Notes under the pieces: generated by a model
Database searches by the model: none
Seen by the model: only the letters and a program-made list of their open reading frames with translations
What the model was told of the DNA's origin: nothing
In this document: in pieces, positions 41,607 to 56,028 of the stretch
Layout of the letters: each line of letters begins with the position of its first letter
How positions within the stretch are numbered: position 1 is the stretch's first letter
Made by a program: the position numbers and the translations under genes
NCBI RefSeq assembly: GCF_009914755.1
Contig: NC_060928.1
From: the human T2T-CHM13v2.0 reference genome, Homo sapiens
DNA: 64,000 nt
Reading direction: 5' to 3' (one strand)

Positions 41607-41915
41607 ACTGGAGGCCATTATCTTAAGTGAAGTAACTCAGAAAAAAGAAAGATAAATATTGAATATTCTCACTTATAAGTGGGAGCCAAACAATGGATAC
41701 ATATGGACATACAGAGTGGAATAATAGACATTGGAGAATAACAGACATTGAAGACGCCAAAGTGTGGGAGAATGGTAGAGAGGTGAGTGATGAGAAATTA
41801 CCTATAGAGTACAATTTACATTGATCACATAATAATTACACTAAAAACCCAGTCTTCACCAATAAGCAATATATCTACATAACAAAAATGCACTTGAACT
41901 CCCTAAATCTATTTT
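41607..41915 (+). mobile_element. L1 (L1PB4/L1MA-like) 3' end
   Basis: ctggaggccattatcttaagtgaagtaactcag...ctcacttataagtgggagc...ccctaaatctat. Confidence 0.85.
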
Positions 41916-42164
41916 TACAAGGGTTTGAAAAGATGACAAAAACAAAATTCAATCATTTTCTTATGCTACTTATGAACTAAAAATTAGATATAAAAACTAA
42001 AACTTCTCTAGGCCATCATAGGACACAGTAATTATAACTTTAACAGTGGTCATAAGATATTTTAATTAGAACAAAAATATGGAAACAATTTTAAAAATTG
42101 ATAAATTGTACTTCTTTAAAATTAAAATATTTGTTCTTCAGAGACACAGTTAAGAACATGAAAG

Positions 42165-42498
<334 letters not shown>

Positions 42499-43599
42499 TT
42501 ACGGTTAGATGATGGGCTTGCTTCCTAAATATACAAAATATATTTAAAATTTCATAATTGGAAATAAAAAACTCAATGAAAACTCAATAAAATTGATTAA
42601 AATATTTACACCAGACATTTCACAAAAGAAGACAAAGAAATGGTCAATAAAAAAAGTTCAGCATCATGATTTATATGGTAAATGCAAATTAAAACACAAT
42701 AAAATGGCCACCGTATACCCAATAGAATTGTTAAAATGAGAAAGACTGACATTACCAAAAGTTGGCGAGGATATAGCGTAACTGGAAGTTTTATATATTC
42801 CTTGATGAATGCAAATGATTCCATTCTTTGGAAACAGTTTGTCTATTGTTTAAAAAGTTAAAATTGGACTTACATCTGAATCAGCAATTTCACTATCATG
42901 TTATTTCCTACAAAATATAAAAATCCACAAAATTATATGCAAATATTTACAATGCTATTAAAACATTGCAAACATAAGAAGTAAATGTATGTTAACAGTC
43001 AAATGGACAAATTGTAAAAAATCACCTAATGGAATACTACTCAACAATGAAGATAAGTAAATTAAGATATTCATATGTTATATAGTTTACCAATACAATT
43101 TAACATCAAAATATGCTAGACTCAGATGTTTTATTATTACATTTATATAAAATATTAACAATTCAAAATCTCATCTATTATGACAGAAGACAGATCTGTG
43201 ATTGCCCTGAGACCATGAATAAGATGTGCTTTGCTGAGAAGGGGCACAATAGAACCTTTTACAGGTAGAAATGTCACATATTTTGATTGTGGTGGTAGTG
43301 CAGAGGTAAACAAATTAATAAACATTATTAAACTGTGGACCATAGATTAATATTTTATTGCATTTTAACTATTCTTTAGAAAGTTGAAAAAAGACAAAAA
43401 ATGTAATAAAGGTTAATTTACAGAATTAATTAAAATGGAGTATAGAGATAACTGGATTTCATTCTTTCAGCAATACAAAAGCCAGTTATTCTACATTGTA
43501 CTTTAATGGCTAGAGGACAGAAATACATATTACTAATTTCTTATGTTTCCATTTTGTGCAATATTTCTTCAAAATATTATTTAAAAATAAATTAATATT

Positions 43600-45895
43600 T
43601 ATACAAATTTGTGAAAATACTACAGTAATTTCTATTGCTAGCATCAAACATTAGCCTGGTATATTTGTAATAACTAATGAATAAATATTGATATATTACT
43701 AATAAGTGAAGTCCATACTCTATTCAGAATTCTTAATTTTTACATAATGTTCCTTTTCCCTTTTAGAATCCCACTCAAGATAACACATTACATTTAGATA
43801 GCATGTGTCTAACTACTCTTAGCTGTATCAGTGCTCAGCCTTACCTTGTTTTTTATTACCTTCATAGTGTTCAGAAGCACTGGTCAGATGTTTTGTAGAC
43901 TGTCCTAAATTACAAATTAAGTGTTTGTATTTCCTATGTTTAGACTGAAATAATTTTTGGCAGGGGAGGAGAAAGATTCAAGAGGTAAAATGTCATTCTT
44001 ATATCAACATGACTTATTACTGCTGGTGTTAACCTTAATTATCTGGCTGAGATTATGCTTGTCACATTTCTCCACTTTAAAGTTATTCTATTTTCTCTTT
44101 TTTCATGAAACACTTTTGAAGGATGTCATTATGCACTGGCCACACTAAAGGTGTGAGGAGTTAAGTTCCAGCTCAGTGAGGATGTATTATCTACTTAAAT
44201 AATTTGGAATTTGTCTATATGGGTGATTTATCTATTTACTCCATTTATTAAATAAATTATTTTTAAATTTCAGAATGGATTTATGAATATGTATTTTATA
44301 CTTTGGGTGATAATTCTACACATTTTAAATTTTTTTCCTACTCAATTTGTTCCAGCTTTGTCTGCTGGAAACACTTTCAGTTGGCTTATTTGTCTATTTG
44401 ACAAGCCTCATCATTGTTTTTGATGATACAAGATGTATAAAGCTCTTCTTTGGTATTCTGTACCCCAGTCTTAGACTCAGCTATTTTTACTGCGTGCCCT
44501 TCTTTCTCATATTTGAAAGTGTTGTATAAAACCAACATCTAGGTACTAGATGGATGTGCTTGTTGTTAGTTAGGTTGTCTCTAGGCCCTCTAAGTTGAAA
44601 GAGCAAAGAAATACGTGTATATATTAACCATGCATATACAAACTTCTGTAAATATGTGTATATATATTATATATATATATATAATATATACCAACCTGTA
44701 TATATATTAGAGTAGATGAAAGTGCATACTGAATTCTCTGACTCTAATCTAGTACTTCATAAATAATTTCAGTCATCTACATTTCTTGTCTGTATGCTCC
44801 GATTTCAACAGCAAGAAATCTGTCACCACCATAATTCACTTAATTGCCTAACTATACTACACATGTACAGCAGTATCAGAATTGTTATCCTGTACTACTA
44901 TGTTAAACAATTTTACCAACTATATTACTATGCTTATGTATAGCCCTGCTTGCCATTAGTCTTACAGTTTTCCTTTGTCTCTAAAGTTATTTAGGCCAGT
45001 GATAGACTTTGGCTCTGTGTCCCAGCCAAATCTCATGTTGAATTGTAATTCTCAATGTTGGGGAAGGGACCAGGTGGGAGGTGATTGGATCATGGGGGCG
45101 GCATTTCCCCTTGCTGTTCCCATTATAGTGATTGAGTTCTCATGAGATCTGATGGTTTAAAAGTGTGTGGCACTTTCCCCTTCACCCTCTCTCTCTCCCT
45201 CTCTGCCATTTGAAGAAGGTACTTGCTTCCCCTTAGCCCTTCTGCCATGATTATAAGTTTCCTGAGGCCTCCCAGGCATGCACCCTGTACAGCCTGTGGA
45301 ACTGTGGGTCAATTAAACTTCTTGTCTTCACAAATTTACCCAGTCTCAGTTAGTTCTTTATAGCAGCATGAGAACAGACATTAGACCATTGCTGAATTAA
45401 CAGACAGCAACTTTTCTCCTACACTCTTCAGTGAGTTAATTTTATACATTTGTTATATGGTTAGATTCTTTTGTCTGCATTTAATCCTGGGGTGCTGTGA
45501 CCCCCTAAATATTTTTTAATCTGCCTAAAATAGGCTTACTTCATATAGTAAATTTTTATGGGTTTTAAAAAATGTTTAGTGTTATCTACTACTGCTGTAG
45601 TACCACACAAAATCATTTTGCCACCCTAAAATCTGCTCTTTACTTTAGTTATTCAACTCACTGCAAGCTCCAAACCCCTCCCAGCCAATTATCTGTTTAC
45701 CATATCTATGGTCTTGCTTTTTCTAGAACGTTATATAAACAATATTATACAATACGTAGCCTTTTGAGTAACTTCCTTCACTTTGTAATATGAATATAAT
45801 ATTCACTCATGTTTTTGCATTGCTTGATGGTTTATTTCAGCACTGAATAGTATTCTAGTATATGGTTATACCATACTTTGTTTATCCATTTCTGG
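43600..45895 (-). mobile_element. Old L1MC/MD 3' region fragments
   Basis: Degenerate antisense L1M 3' phrases (gaatagtattctagtatatgg, tgtttatccatt); interrupted by a THE1/MST LTR. Confidence 0.55.
45000..45382 (+). mobile_element. THE1D/MST-type MaLR solo LTR
   Basis: tgatagactttggctctgtgtccc...ggtgggaggtgattggatcatggggg...ttctttatagcagcatgagaacagac. Confidence 0.88.
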
Positions 45896-46000
45896 GAAGA
45901 TTACTAATTAAAGATTAAATTTATTTATTTCTGTAGATTATCAAATGTATATTGTTTCTTGAATCTGCATTGTAATTATAGAGCTTTAGAATTTACTTCC

Positions 46001-46437
46001 TGTATTGATTTGCTAGGACTACTATACAAAGTACCACAAATTGGGTGAATTAAAGAATATTAATTTATTGTCTAAATAGTTCAGGAACCTAGTAGTATGA
46101 GATCAAGGTGACAGCAATGCTGTATTTTTTAATGCTGTGAGGAAAAATCTATTCCATGGAAATCTTTGGAATGCCTGGCTTGTAGATACATCATGCAACC
46201 TCTGCTTTCCAGTTCAAATGGCGTTCTATCTGTAAGCATATCTGTTTTAAACTATCCTCTTTTTATAACAACACCTGTCATGCTAGATTTGGTCCCACCC
46301 TACTCCAATATGAACCCATGATAATTGAATGAATTACATGTGAGATTATTTCATTCCCATACAGGTTCACATCCTGAGGTACTAAGGTTTAGGACTTCAA
46401 CATGCGTTTCAGGGGCATGTAATTCAAATCATAACAG
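46001..46437 (-). mobile_element. MLT1-type MaLR LTR
   Basis: tgtattgatttgctagg...aagtaccacaaattgggtg ... aattcaaatcataaca. Confidence 0.75.
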
Positions 46438-46779
46438 TCCTTTTCATATTTAACAAAATATAACATTTAAAATTAAAAGTTGCTTATATTTCCTTTGTAT
46501 TAGTTTTCAAACCACTGCATGACCACACAAAAACCTTTGACAATTCTGTAATGTAAGTTCAGATATACCTTTTAAATATCCAGGCATATGTTATATCTGG
46601 TTTGTTTTAATACCCAAAATGATGATTTACTACCTTTTAAAAGAGTGTTTCGTGATTATTGATACATAGGTGTTGACCACCTTTTGGCTTTCTTTGTATT
46701 TATCTACAAAGTTTTGGCTCTTTTTCTTTATTTACTTATGTTATTGGGTGGTCGGCTTTAATTTCCATATTCACTGTAC

Positions 46780-47137
46780 TGTATAAAAATTGGTGCAAAA
46801 TTTTTTGCTCCTTAGCTTAGATAAAATACTGGTTCTTGTCTCACAACTAGGAAAAATTAGGCACACAGACACATTGAAGGGTGAGGAGAATGGAATTTAT
46901 TAAAAGAAAGCTCTCAGCAAATAAGAGGGGGCCCAGCCAACAGGCTCCCACCTTACAGATTGAATAGCAGGTCACCACACAGGAGCTAAAGAGGCCCAGC
47001 TCCTCCCCCTGCATTAGGCGTGAATTCCTGGTGGCTCCACCCCATTCTCCCAGTGCACATTCAGGCCCCCAGTCCCTTGTGGGCATGCCCAGGCAAGACC
47101 CTGTGCAGGTTCCCTTATCTGCCTCCTGCATCTATCA
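46780..47137 (-). mobile_element. ERV1 solo LTR (MER61-like)
   Basis: TG...CA termini; minus strand begins tgatagatgcaggaggcagataaggg; TSD gtac/gaac. Confidence 0.75.
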
Positions 47138-47503
47138 GAACTATATTTAATCATTATTTTAGTCAATACACTTCACCTTTTACTATGCATGAGTGAAGTA
47201 ATTTGATTAGTAAAGTTATCTTAACACCAGCCTTATGAAAATATGAATAATTCAAATATTGTATTCACTCACAAGATTACTATTGTTGTCTATTATTTTA
47301 CTTATGTCTATTTTTAACTTCCTCCAAATAGACACCAGTGTCATGAGCATTTTACATAAATTGTCTTGCATTTTTTTCTAAAATTTTTATTTACTTACAA
47401 AACTTTTCTTCATGCTTTATATTACCGATATTTCAGGAGGTTATGCTTTTCTACCTGAAACACATCCCTTTTAAATTCTTTGAATACATGCCGTTGGTAG
47501 TAA

Positions 47504-47749
<246 letters not shown>

Positions 47750-47789
47750 TTATTTTTTAATGTGAAAATTAAATTTGTCTTTGCTTATG

Positions 47790-48522
47790 GGAGATAATGT
47801 AATGGGCACAATATTACCCTTCAAAGTTACCTATGCTCTGTTCCTGGGACCTGTGAATACATTAGATCGCATGACAAAGGGGAATTAAGCTAGCAATTGA
47901 AATTAAGTTTGCTAACCAGCTGATCTTGAAATAAGGTGATTAGCCTGGGCTTTTCAGGTGGGTCCAGTGTAATTCCTGAGGTCAGAAAAAGAGATGTAAG
48001 ATAGATTGGTGGCTCATGTCTGTAATCCCAGTACTTTGAGATACTGAGGTGGGAGGATCACTTGAGTCCATGAGTTAGAGATCAGCCTGGGCAACAGAGC
48101 AAGACCCCCATCTTTACTAAAACAAACACACACAAAAAACCCAAGCATGGTGGCACATGCCTTTAGACCCAGCTACTTAGGAGGCTGAGGTAGGAGGATT
48201 ACTTGAGCCCAGGAGTTTGATGATGCAGTGAGTTATGATCATGCCACTGTACCCCAGGATGGGCAACACATCAAGACCCTGTTTCAAAAAAAGAAAGGAA
48301 AAAGAGATGTAAAGATGGGAACAGGGTCAGACGTGTGTTGCCGATTTTGAAGGTGAAGGAAAGGCTATGAGTGAAGAAACAGTGGCTTCTAGTCATTGGA
48401 GAGGGCAAAGAAATGACTTATCTCAGAGCCTCCAAAAGAACAAGAACTGTAAGATAATTCATTTCCATTGTTTAAACCACTATATTCGCGGTAACATATT
48501 GTAGCAGCAATAGAAAACTAGT
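47790..48522 (+). mobile_element. MLT1D-like MaLR LTR interrupted by AluJ
   Basis: gggacctgtgaatacattag...; 3' end ttgtagcagcaatagaaaactagta. Confidence 0.75.
48005..48300 (+). mobile_element. AluJ
   Basis: ggaggatcacttgag, cttgagcccaggagtttga; TSD aaaagagatgtaa. Confidence 0.9.
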
Positions 48523-50537
48523 AAAAACACTTGTTTGGCACAAAACTTTGACAAATACTTTTTTTGACCTTTGAATATAGTTCTGTGTTTAGTATGGCTT
48601 CTACTGACTGTTCATGTCAAAAATGTTTTTGTTCTAGTTAGTTTTAAGGTTTTCACTTTGTATTATTCTGGTATTTTTGCTAACATTTTCCCATTTATTC
48701 CACTGAGGTTTCTCTTCCTCTGGCTCATTTGTTTTATTAGTGCTAAAAAAATACTTAATCCCTTCAGATAGTTCCTCTATCCCATTATCTATGTCCGTTT
48801 TTTCTAGGACCCCGTTTAGATGTTTGTGAGAACTTTTTATTCTACCTTTCTTATATTTTTACCTTTTTCTATTTTCATTTTTTAAAATCTCTCCATAATA
48901 CATTCTGCTTCATTTCTTCAGTTCCAAATACAAGTTTCCTAATTCTCTTAAAAGCTCTTATTTCATATATCATAATTTTTAGAAAACTTGAGAAGAATAA
49001 TTTGATAAATATTTATTTCTGAGAAATATTTTCTTTTGTTTCCTCACTGGAACCAAGGAATAATATCAACCTGATACACCTCCAGGTGTTTCTAATTTTC
49101 CCTGACTTAATTGGGGTTCCTATAATAGTGCTTTGTTACTCTGACTGGTAGTGTATTCTTTGGTATTTTGTTTGTTGTATTTGTCTATATACAGATATCG
49201 ATTCCATTTGGCATGATGTCAATGTGTGTGTAGTTGCTGTTCACAATGCTTTTCTGCAAATATTACAATATTTAAACAGAATACTTAGAAAATGGTTAAA
49301 TTTTCATAGGAGGTTAGGTATAAATAAATTTGAGAGAAGAATAAAAGCAAAAATACTTAAAAATATACAACTTATTTTTTTAAAAAACCTTACATTCTTA
49401 ATGTATATAAATCTATAAACCACGGATTTAATTTTCATTTTTTGTGCTCTCTATGTGATTGAAACAAAAATAGAACCAAACTCTGCCCTCAAAAAGCTTC
49501 CAAGGTATCTAAACTTGTATGTCATTGTGTGTTTTAAACTTTGTGAGTTTACGTGAAGGGGAATAAGTCAGTGTTGTGAACATTGGAGAAAAGCATCCCT
49601 GCTTTAAAAAATCCTGAATGTCGACTATATTGAACATTTTCTGGCTTATGTAATTTCATAAGTATTTACAAATGAGGTACATATCTTATTTAATGAAGAC
49701 AGCAACATAGGAAAATAGACAATAGCAAGGGAACTAACGGAACTAATTATTAAATAGTATACCTTCATCTGTTCAGCATCAAATTATCTCACATTATGCA
49801 TATTTAGCAGAATATTAATATTTACCTCTTTTAAAATATAATTAACTTGGAAACCTTGTATTTTTTTCTTTTCATTGACTTTTGAATGAAAGAAAACTAA
49901 GCATTGCTTTTTTACCTTTTCTACTGGAATACTGGGAATTTGAGCTTTTTCTGCTGGAAGAAAAAGCCAATTAAAAAATATATTTTTACTCAGGGTATAT
50001 TGTGAAATTTACAAAAAAATATTTTACTTTGCTTGGTGAACAGATAGAGTATTGGAAGTTAGCAGTTAGGGTGCACATCTCAGAGCAGATTCTAGGGTAA
50101 GGAAATAAGTCAATAAAAAAGTCAGTAGACCCAGAAAATAACCAGAGCATAAAGAGTTGAGTTCCCTTTCACCAGCCAGTAAGACTTCATTTAAATGAGA
50201 GAGCTCCATTATCTCCCATTGGCAGAAAGAACTAGTGGCTCTCTGTAACAGCATCCTTTTATTTAGTTGCCTGCCATGTGACAAGGCTGACTGTGCCCTC
50301 CATTTTATTACCTCATTGGCATTGTTGAAACCCCGATTACAGATGGTATTTATGAGAAAATACAAGTTTTTGAAAAAGTATGTTTATTAATATTTGTTTT
50401 TACGCTAAGTAAAAAATTCAATACTTTTTGAATTTATGACAACTTTTGCCTTTTAATATCCAGTACCTAAGTATTGATCTGTATTGCAAAGCACTGTACT
50501 TATTCCACTAGGTAATTACTGGGAAATATACAGACTC

Positions 50538-50572
50538 GTGTGTTTGTGCGTGCGTGCGTGTGTGTGTGTGTG
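50538..50572. repeat. (GT)n/(GCGT)n microsatellite
   Basis: Alternating purine-pyrimidine run. Confidence 0.9.
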
Positions 50573-50740
50573 TTGGTTTTCATGATTCAATAAGTTGATT
50601 TAAATAAATAATGTATTTCACATAGTAAGCACCCAATACATTTTAGTGTTGCTGTTATATTTATTATTAGGCCCCCATATTAAGTGAGCCCTAAATTTTA
50701 GCTTGTGCACTTCCTTTTTTTTAGGAATGAATGTAACTCT

Positions 50741-51258
50741 TGTATAGCCATATCTAAGAAATTGCACCTGACACAGTTAAACAAGCAAGGAAATCTATTT
50801 AATATGATTGCAATAGGACAGAGAGACTGAGCTGAACTCCACTGAAATAAAAGGCAGGAAGATGCTTAGGCACTGGGGTGAGCTAGTAGAAAAACACTGT
50901 AGGACTATAGAGATCGATGTGATTAGGCCAATAATTAGAATGTTAGTGCTAATTGTCACTCACTGAAGTTGTGCTCCTACCTTCCCACTGAGACTAGAAG
51001 ATAAGAGTAGGCAGTACCTCCTTTGATTACATTTCAAAAGGATAGCTCCCAGAGAAAACATTCCTTGAGAAACATTCTTTGGGTTTTAAAAACTCATGCA
51101 AAGCTGGGAGAAGATTTACATTTCAAAGGAGAAAAAGGGCTAAATTACAAGTTTTCTAAAGTAAATGCTCTGAGAAAAGGGAGGTCAGCCCTATAGTCAG
51201 GAAGAAATCTTTCTAAAGTTAACTAAAGCTGACAGGAACATTAAGGCAGTCTTGGTGA
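50741..51258 (-). mobile_element. ERV1 solo LTR (MER67-like)
   Basis: Minus strand begins tcaccaagactgccttaatgttcc...gacctcccttttctcagagcatttactttagaaaacttg. Confidence 0.6.
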
Positions 51259-52264
51259 GCTCATATATATTAATATAAAATGAGGAAGAGGTGGGTCAAA
51301 GTTTCTTCTGAACTATCCTGAAAAAATGATTTGCCCTTAGATTAACTGGGATTATAATTAGCCTGGAATTTAGAAAAACTGAAAGTTCAGAATAATTTTT
51401 AAAGAGGAAATATACTCTTTTATTTTGATAAAAACAAAGCAATACTAAAAAGAAAATTTGCCAAGTAAAAATTCTTCTATATTCCTTTATTTTTATTATT
51501 AGTAAGCAATGTTACTGAAGAGACATGATTCAGGAATCCGTACAAAGTAGATAGAGCAAATATCAAAGTTAAAGCAAGGATTTTCTTGAACTCTGAGCAG
51601 ATAAATTATGCCTTTGAAGCATATTCTCTATTCACCTAATGGGCAAAGCTTAATGTAATGGTTGCTTAATGTTTATCTAGATGGAGCAATATGAAGAAAT
51701 TCCAGTACTGAGCCATTTTTAAAGTCTTTTAATGACAATCTAAGGAACTATGCTGGTATCTTTAATAGATTTGAAATGATTAAATGGAGAATAACAGCAC
51801 ATTAAAAGTCATCTGAAAATCCATGAGGCATGTCCTCAGTAAAACAATCATCAAGCCAGATTTTTAAAATAGAGATGACTGAATGTCAAAATAGAAGGTC
51901 AAACTATGCTAGAATTTAAAATTAAATATACAGCCTTCACTGGAAGACATATATTGAAGTTATGAAGGTAAAAAAAAAAGTTCTAAATGTACTCAGAAGA
52001 GGATAACATGAATATTCAAGTCTTTGTATGAGTTGTTAACAAAAGGATCATTGTCTCCATTTCATAAGGGCTTAATTTATGATAAATCTTGTATATTTGT
52101 GTTTTTAGGTGAATTAGATTAGACAAAATAATGAAAATCATTTTTAAAATGAGAATTGGCAGCATCAAATATTTCCAAATTTGATCATCTATATTTTTAC
52201 TATATTTAATAGAAATCTGAATAAAATTTGATTTTTTACCTTATAATATTTCTACTGAAAATAG

Positions 52265-52726
52265 TGTAACCACCCAACGGGTTCACCTTGTCTGTTGTCT
52301 AGACAGAGCCGATTTCTGAAGACAGGGGAATTCCAATGGAGAAAGAGTAATTCACGCAGAGCTGGATGTGCAGGAGACCGGAGTTTTATTATTACTCAAA
52401 TCAGTCTCCCTGAGCATTCAGGGATCTGCGTTTTTAAAGATAATTTGGCAGGTAGTGGCTCTAACCCATAATCTTGTAGCTAATTTGTTAGTCCTGCAAA
52501 GACAGACTGGTCCCCAGGCAAGAAGGGGGTCTTTTCAAGAAAGGGCTATTATCAATTTTGTTTCAGAGTCAAACCATAGACTGAATTCCTTCCCAAGGTT
52601 AGTTCGGCCGATGCCCAGGAATGAACAAGGACAGCTTAAAGGTTAGAAGCAAGATGGAGTCGGTTAAGTCTGATCTCTTTCACTGTCATAATTTCCTCAG
52701 TTATAATTTTTGTAAAGGCAGTTTCA
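52265..52726 (-). mobile_element. LTR8-like solo LTR, apparently internally deleted
   Basis: Minus strand tgaaactgcctttacaaaaattataactgagg...gactccatcttgcttctaacc; TG...CA termini; TSD atag/atcg. Confidence 0.8.
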
Positions 52727-52789
52727 ATCGGATAAATGTGTTATCTGTAATCATAAACAAATGTCAAATAATAGTAACCTGAAAAGTAT

Positions 52790-53198
52790 TTTCACTCGCG
52801 TCCATGTGAAGAGACCACCAAACAGGCTTTGTGTGAGCAACATGGCTGTTTATTTCACCTGGGTGCAGGCAGGCTGAGTCCAAAAAGAGAGTCAGCGAAG
52901 GGAGATAGGGGTGGGGCCGTTTTATAGGATTTGGGTAGATAAAGGAAAATTACAAAGGGGGTTGTTCTCTGGCGGGCAGGAGTGAGGGTCACAAGGTACT
53001 CAGTGGGGGAGCTTTTGAGCCAGGATGAGCCAGGAGAAGGAATTTCACAAGACAATGTCATCAGTTAAGGCAGGAACAGGCCATTTTCACTTCTTTTGTG
53101 GTGGAATGTCATGAGTTAAGGCAGGAACTGGCCATCTGGATGTGTACATGCAGGTCACAGGGGATATGATGGCTTAGCTTGGGCTCAGAGGCCTGACA
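52790..53198 (-). mobile_element. HERV-H 3' LTR (LTR7)
   Basis: Minus strand tgtcaggcctctgagcccaagctaagcc...gacgcgagtgaaa; TATA box and GT box present. Confidence 0.95.
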
Positions 53199-55157
53199 TT
53201 CCTGTCTTCTTATATTAATAAGAAAAAAAAATGAAATAGTGGTAAAGTGTTGGGACGGTGAAAATTTTTGCGGGGGGAATGGAGAGATAATGGGCGATGT
53301 TTCTCAGGGCTGCTTCAAGTGGGATTAGGGGCAGCGTGGGAACCTAGAGTGGGAGAGATTAAGCTGAAGGAAGATTCTGTGGTAAGGGGTGATATTGTGG
53401 GGTTGTTAGAAGAAACATTTGTCATTTAGAATTATTGGTGATGGCCTGGATATAGTTTTGTATGAATTGAAAAATGGAATAACAGAAGGAGAAAAACAGG
53501 TATAAAAGGTCTAAGAATTGGGATGACTCAGGACATCTGATTAGAGAGTGCCTAAGGAGATTCAGCATAGTCCTGCCAGCAAAGATTATTTATTTACTTC
53601 AAGAGTTAAGAGTGGCAGTTTGGGGATAGCACCAGGAGATATCAGCTGTGATGGCTTGGAGAAACAGTGTAAACCGGCAGTGTAAACAAGAGCAGGGCAT
53701 GTATGAGTAGTTGAGAACGGTGAATAGGAGTATGACTAGACAGAAGATAGTAGGGATGACAAGTTTTTTTGGGGCGCAGTCTAAGTTGGTCTGGTGTCTG
53801 GAATGAGACTGGGGCCTAATAAAAAGGAGCGTCTATACAGGAGCTCAAATGGGCTATACCTTGTAGCATTCTGAGGACAGGTCTGACTTCTGAGAAGGGA
53901 AAGTCGTAAAAGTATTGTCCAGTCCTTTTTAAGTTGGTGGCTGAGCTTGGTGAGGTGTGTTTTTAAAAGACCTTTAGTCCATTCTACTTTTCCTGAAGAC
54001 AGAGGACTGAAAGGGATATAAAGGTTTCACTGAATACTAAGAGCCTGAAAAACTGCTTGGTTGATTTGACTAATAAAGGCTGGTCTGTTATCAGACTGTA
54101 TAGAGGTGGGAAGGCTAAACTGAGGAATTATGTCTGGCAGAAGGGAAGAAATGACTGTGGTGGTCTTCACAGACCCTGTAGGAAAGACCTTTACCTATCC
54201 AGTGAAAGTATCTACCTAGACTAAGAGGTATTTTAGTTCTCTGACCCGGGGCATGTTGAGTAAAGCTAATTTGCCAGTCCTAGGTGGGGGCAAATCCTTG
54301 AGCTTGATGTGTAGGGAAGGGAGGGGGCCTGAATAATCCCTGAGGAGTAGTAGAATAGCAGATGGAACACTGAGAAGTTATTTCCTTGAGGATAGATTTC
54401 CACGATGGAAAGGAAATGAGAGGTTCTAAGAGGCGGGCTAGTGGCTTGTACTATAGCATAGCCTGCCCTTGCTGGTGTGTGGCGATTAGGCCTGGTGGAG
54501 CTGCCATCAATAAATCAAACGTGATCAGGGTGAGGAACAGGAAAGAAGGAAATATGGGGAAATGGGGTGAATGTCAGGTGGATCAGAGAGATACAGTCAT
54601 GGGGGTCAGGTGTGGTATCAGGAATAATGTGGGAGGCCAGATTGAAGTCCGGCCCAGGAACAATGGTAATTGTGGGACTTAACAAAGAGTGAGTACAGCT
54701 GAAGGAGCCGGGGAGCAGAAAGTATATGCATCAGGTATGAGGAAGAAAATAGATTTTGGAAGTTATGAGAAATGTAGAGAGTGAGTTGAGCATAGTTTGT
54801 GATTTTGAGGGCCTCTAAAAGTATTAGGGCGGCAGCAGCCGCTGCACGGAGACTTGATGGCTAGGCTAAAACAGTAAGGTCAAGTTATTTGCACAGAGAG
54901 GCTGCAGGGTGCGGTCCTGGCTCTTGTGTAAGAATTCTGACCGCACTAACCATGCCTAGGAAGGAAAGGAGTTGTTGTTTTGTAAGGGATTGAGGTTTGG
55001 GAGATTAATCGGACACGACCAGCAGGGAAAGCACATGTGTTTTTATGAGAATTATGCCGAGATAGGTAATAGATGAGGATGAAATTTGGGCTTGATTGAA
55101 ATAATGGGAGCTGTCTGTGAAGCCTTGCGGCAGAACAGTCCAGGTAATTTGCTGAGC

Positions 55158-55571
55158 CTAATGGGTGTCAGGGTCAGTCCAAGTGAAAGTGAAGAGAGGC
55201 TGGGATGACGGGTGCAAAGGAATAGTAAAGAAAGCATGTTTGAGATCCAAAACAGAATAATGGATTGTGGAGGGAGGTATTGAGGATAGGAGAGTATATG
55301 GGATTGGCACCATGGGGTGGATAGGCAAAACAATTTGGTTGATAAGGCATAGATCCTGAACTAACTTGTAAGGCTTGCCTGGTTTTAGGACAGGTAAAAT
55401 GGGGGAATTGTAAGGAGAGTTTATAGGCTTTAAGAGGCCATGCTGTAGCAGGCGACTGATAACAGGCTTTAATCCTATCAAAGCGTGCTGTGGGATGGGA
55501 TATTGGCATTGAGCAGGGTAAGGGTGATTAGGTTTTAATGAGATGGTAAGGGGTGCATGATCGGTTGCCAA
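55158..55571 (-). pseudogene. pol: HERV-H pol, RT N-terminal fragment
   Basis: SPYNSPILPVLKP...YKLVQDL...YSVLDLKHAFFTIPLHP...FTWTDPD. Confidence 0.9.
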
Positions 55572-55759
55572 GGAGGGAGTAGAGGCATCTTATACTTGTG
55601 GGTTAAGGTGGGGGAATACAAGAGGAGGACGCAAAGGAGGCTTTGGGTTGGGAAGAAGGGCAACAGTGAGATGTAGCTGTAATCCAGGAATAGTCAGGGA
55701 AGCAGATAATTTAGTTAAAGTGTTTTGGCCTAATAAGGGAACTGGGCAGGTGGGGATAA

Positions 55760-55948
55760 CTAAAAGGAGTGCTTAAAAGAGTATTGTCTAAGTTGGCACC
55801 AGAGTTGGGGAGTTTTAAGAGGTTTAGAAGCCTGGCTGTCAATACCCACAACAGTTATGGAGGCAAGGGAAACAGGCCCTTGAAAATAAGGTAATATGGA
55901 GTGGGTAGCCTCCGTATTGATTAAGAAAGGGATGGACTTACCTTCCAC
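55760..55948 (-). pseudogene. pro: HERV-H protease fragment, catalytic motif lost
   Basis: FLINTEATHS in place of FLxDTGAxxS. Confidence 0.8.
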
Positions 55949-56028
55949 TGTGAGAGTTACCTGAAGCTTGGCGTCCCTGATTGTCTAGGGGGCTTCTGAG
56001 GTGATCAGCCATCATCAGTCTTCAGCCG

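Noticed and set aside
50066-50365. 99-aa minus-strand ORF as a gene
   Set aside because: Non-ATG start, no recognisable domain and no supported exon structure.
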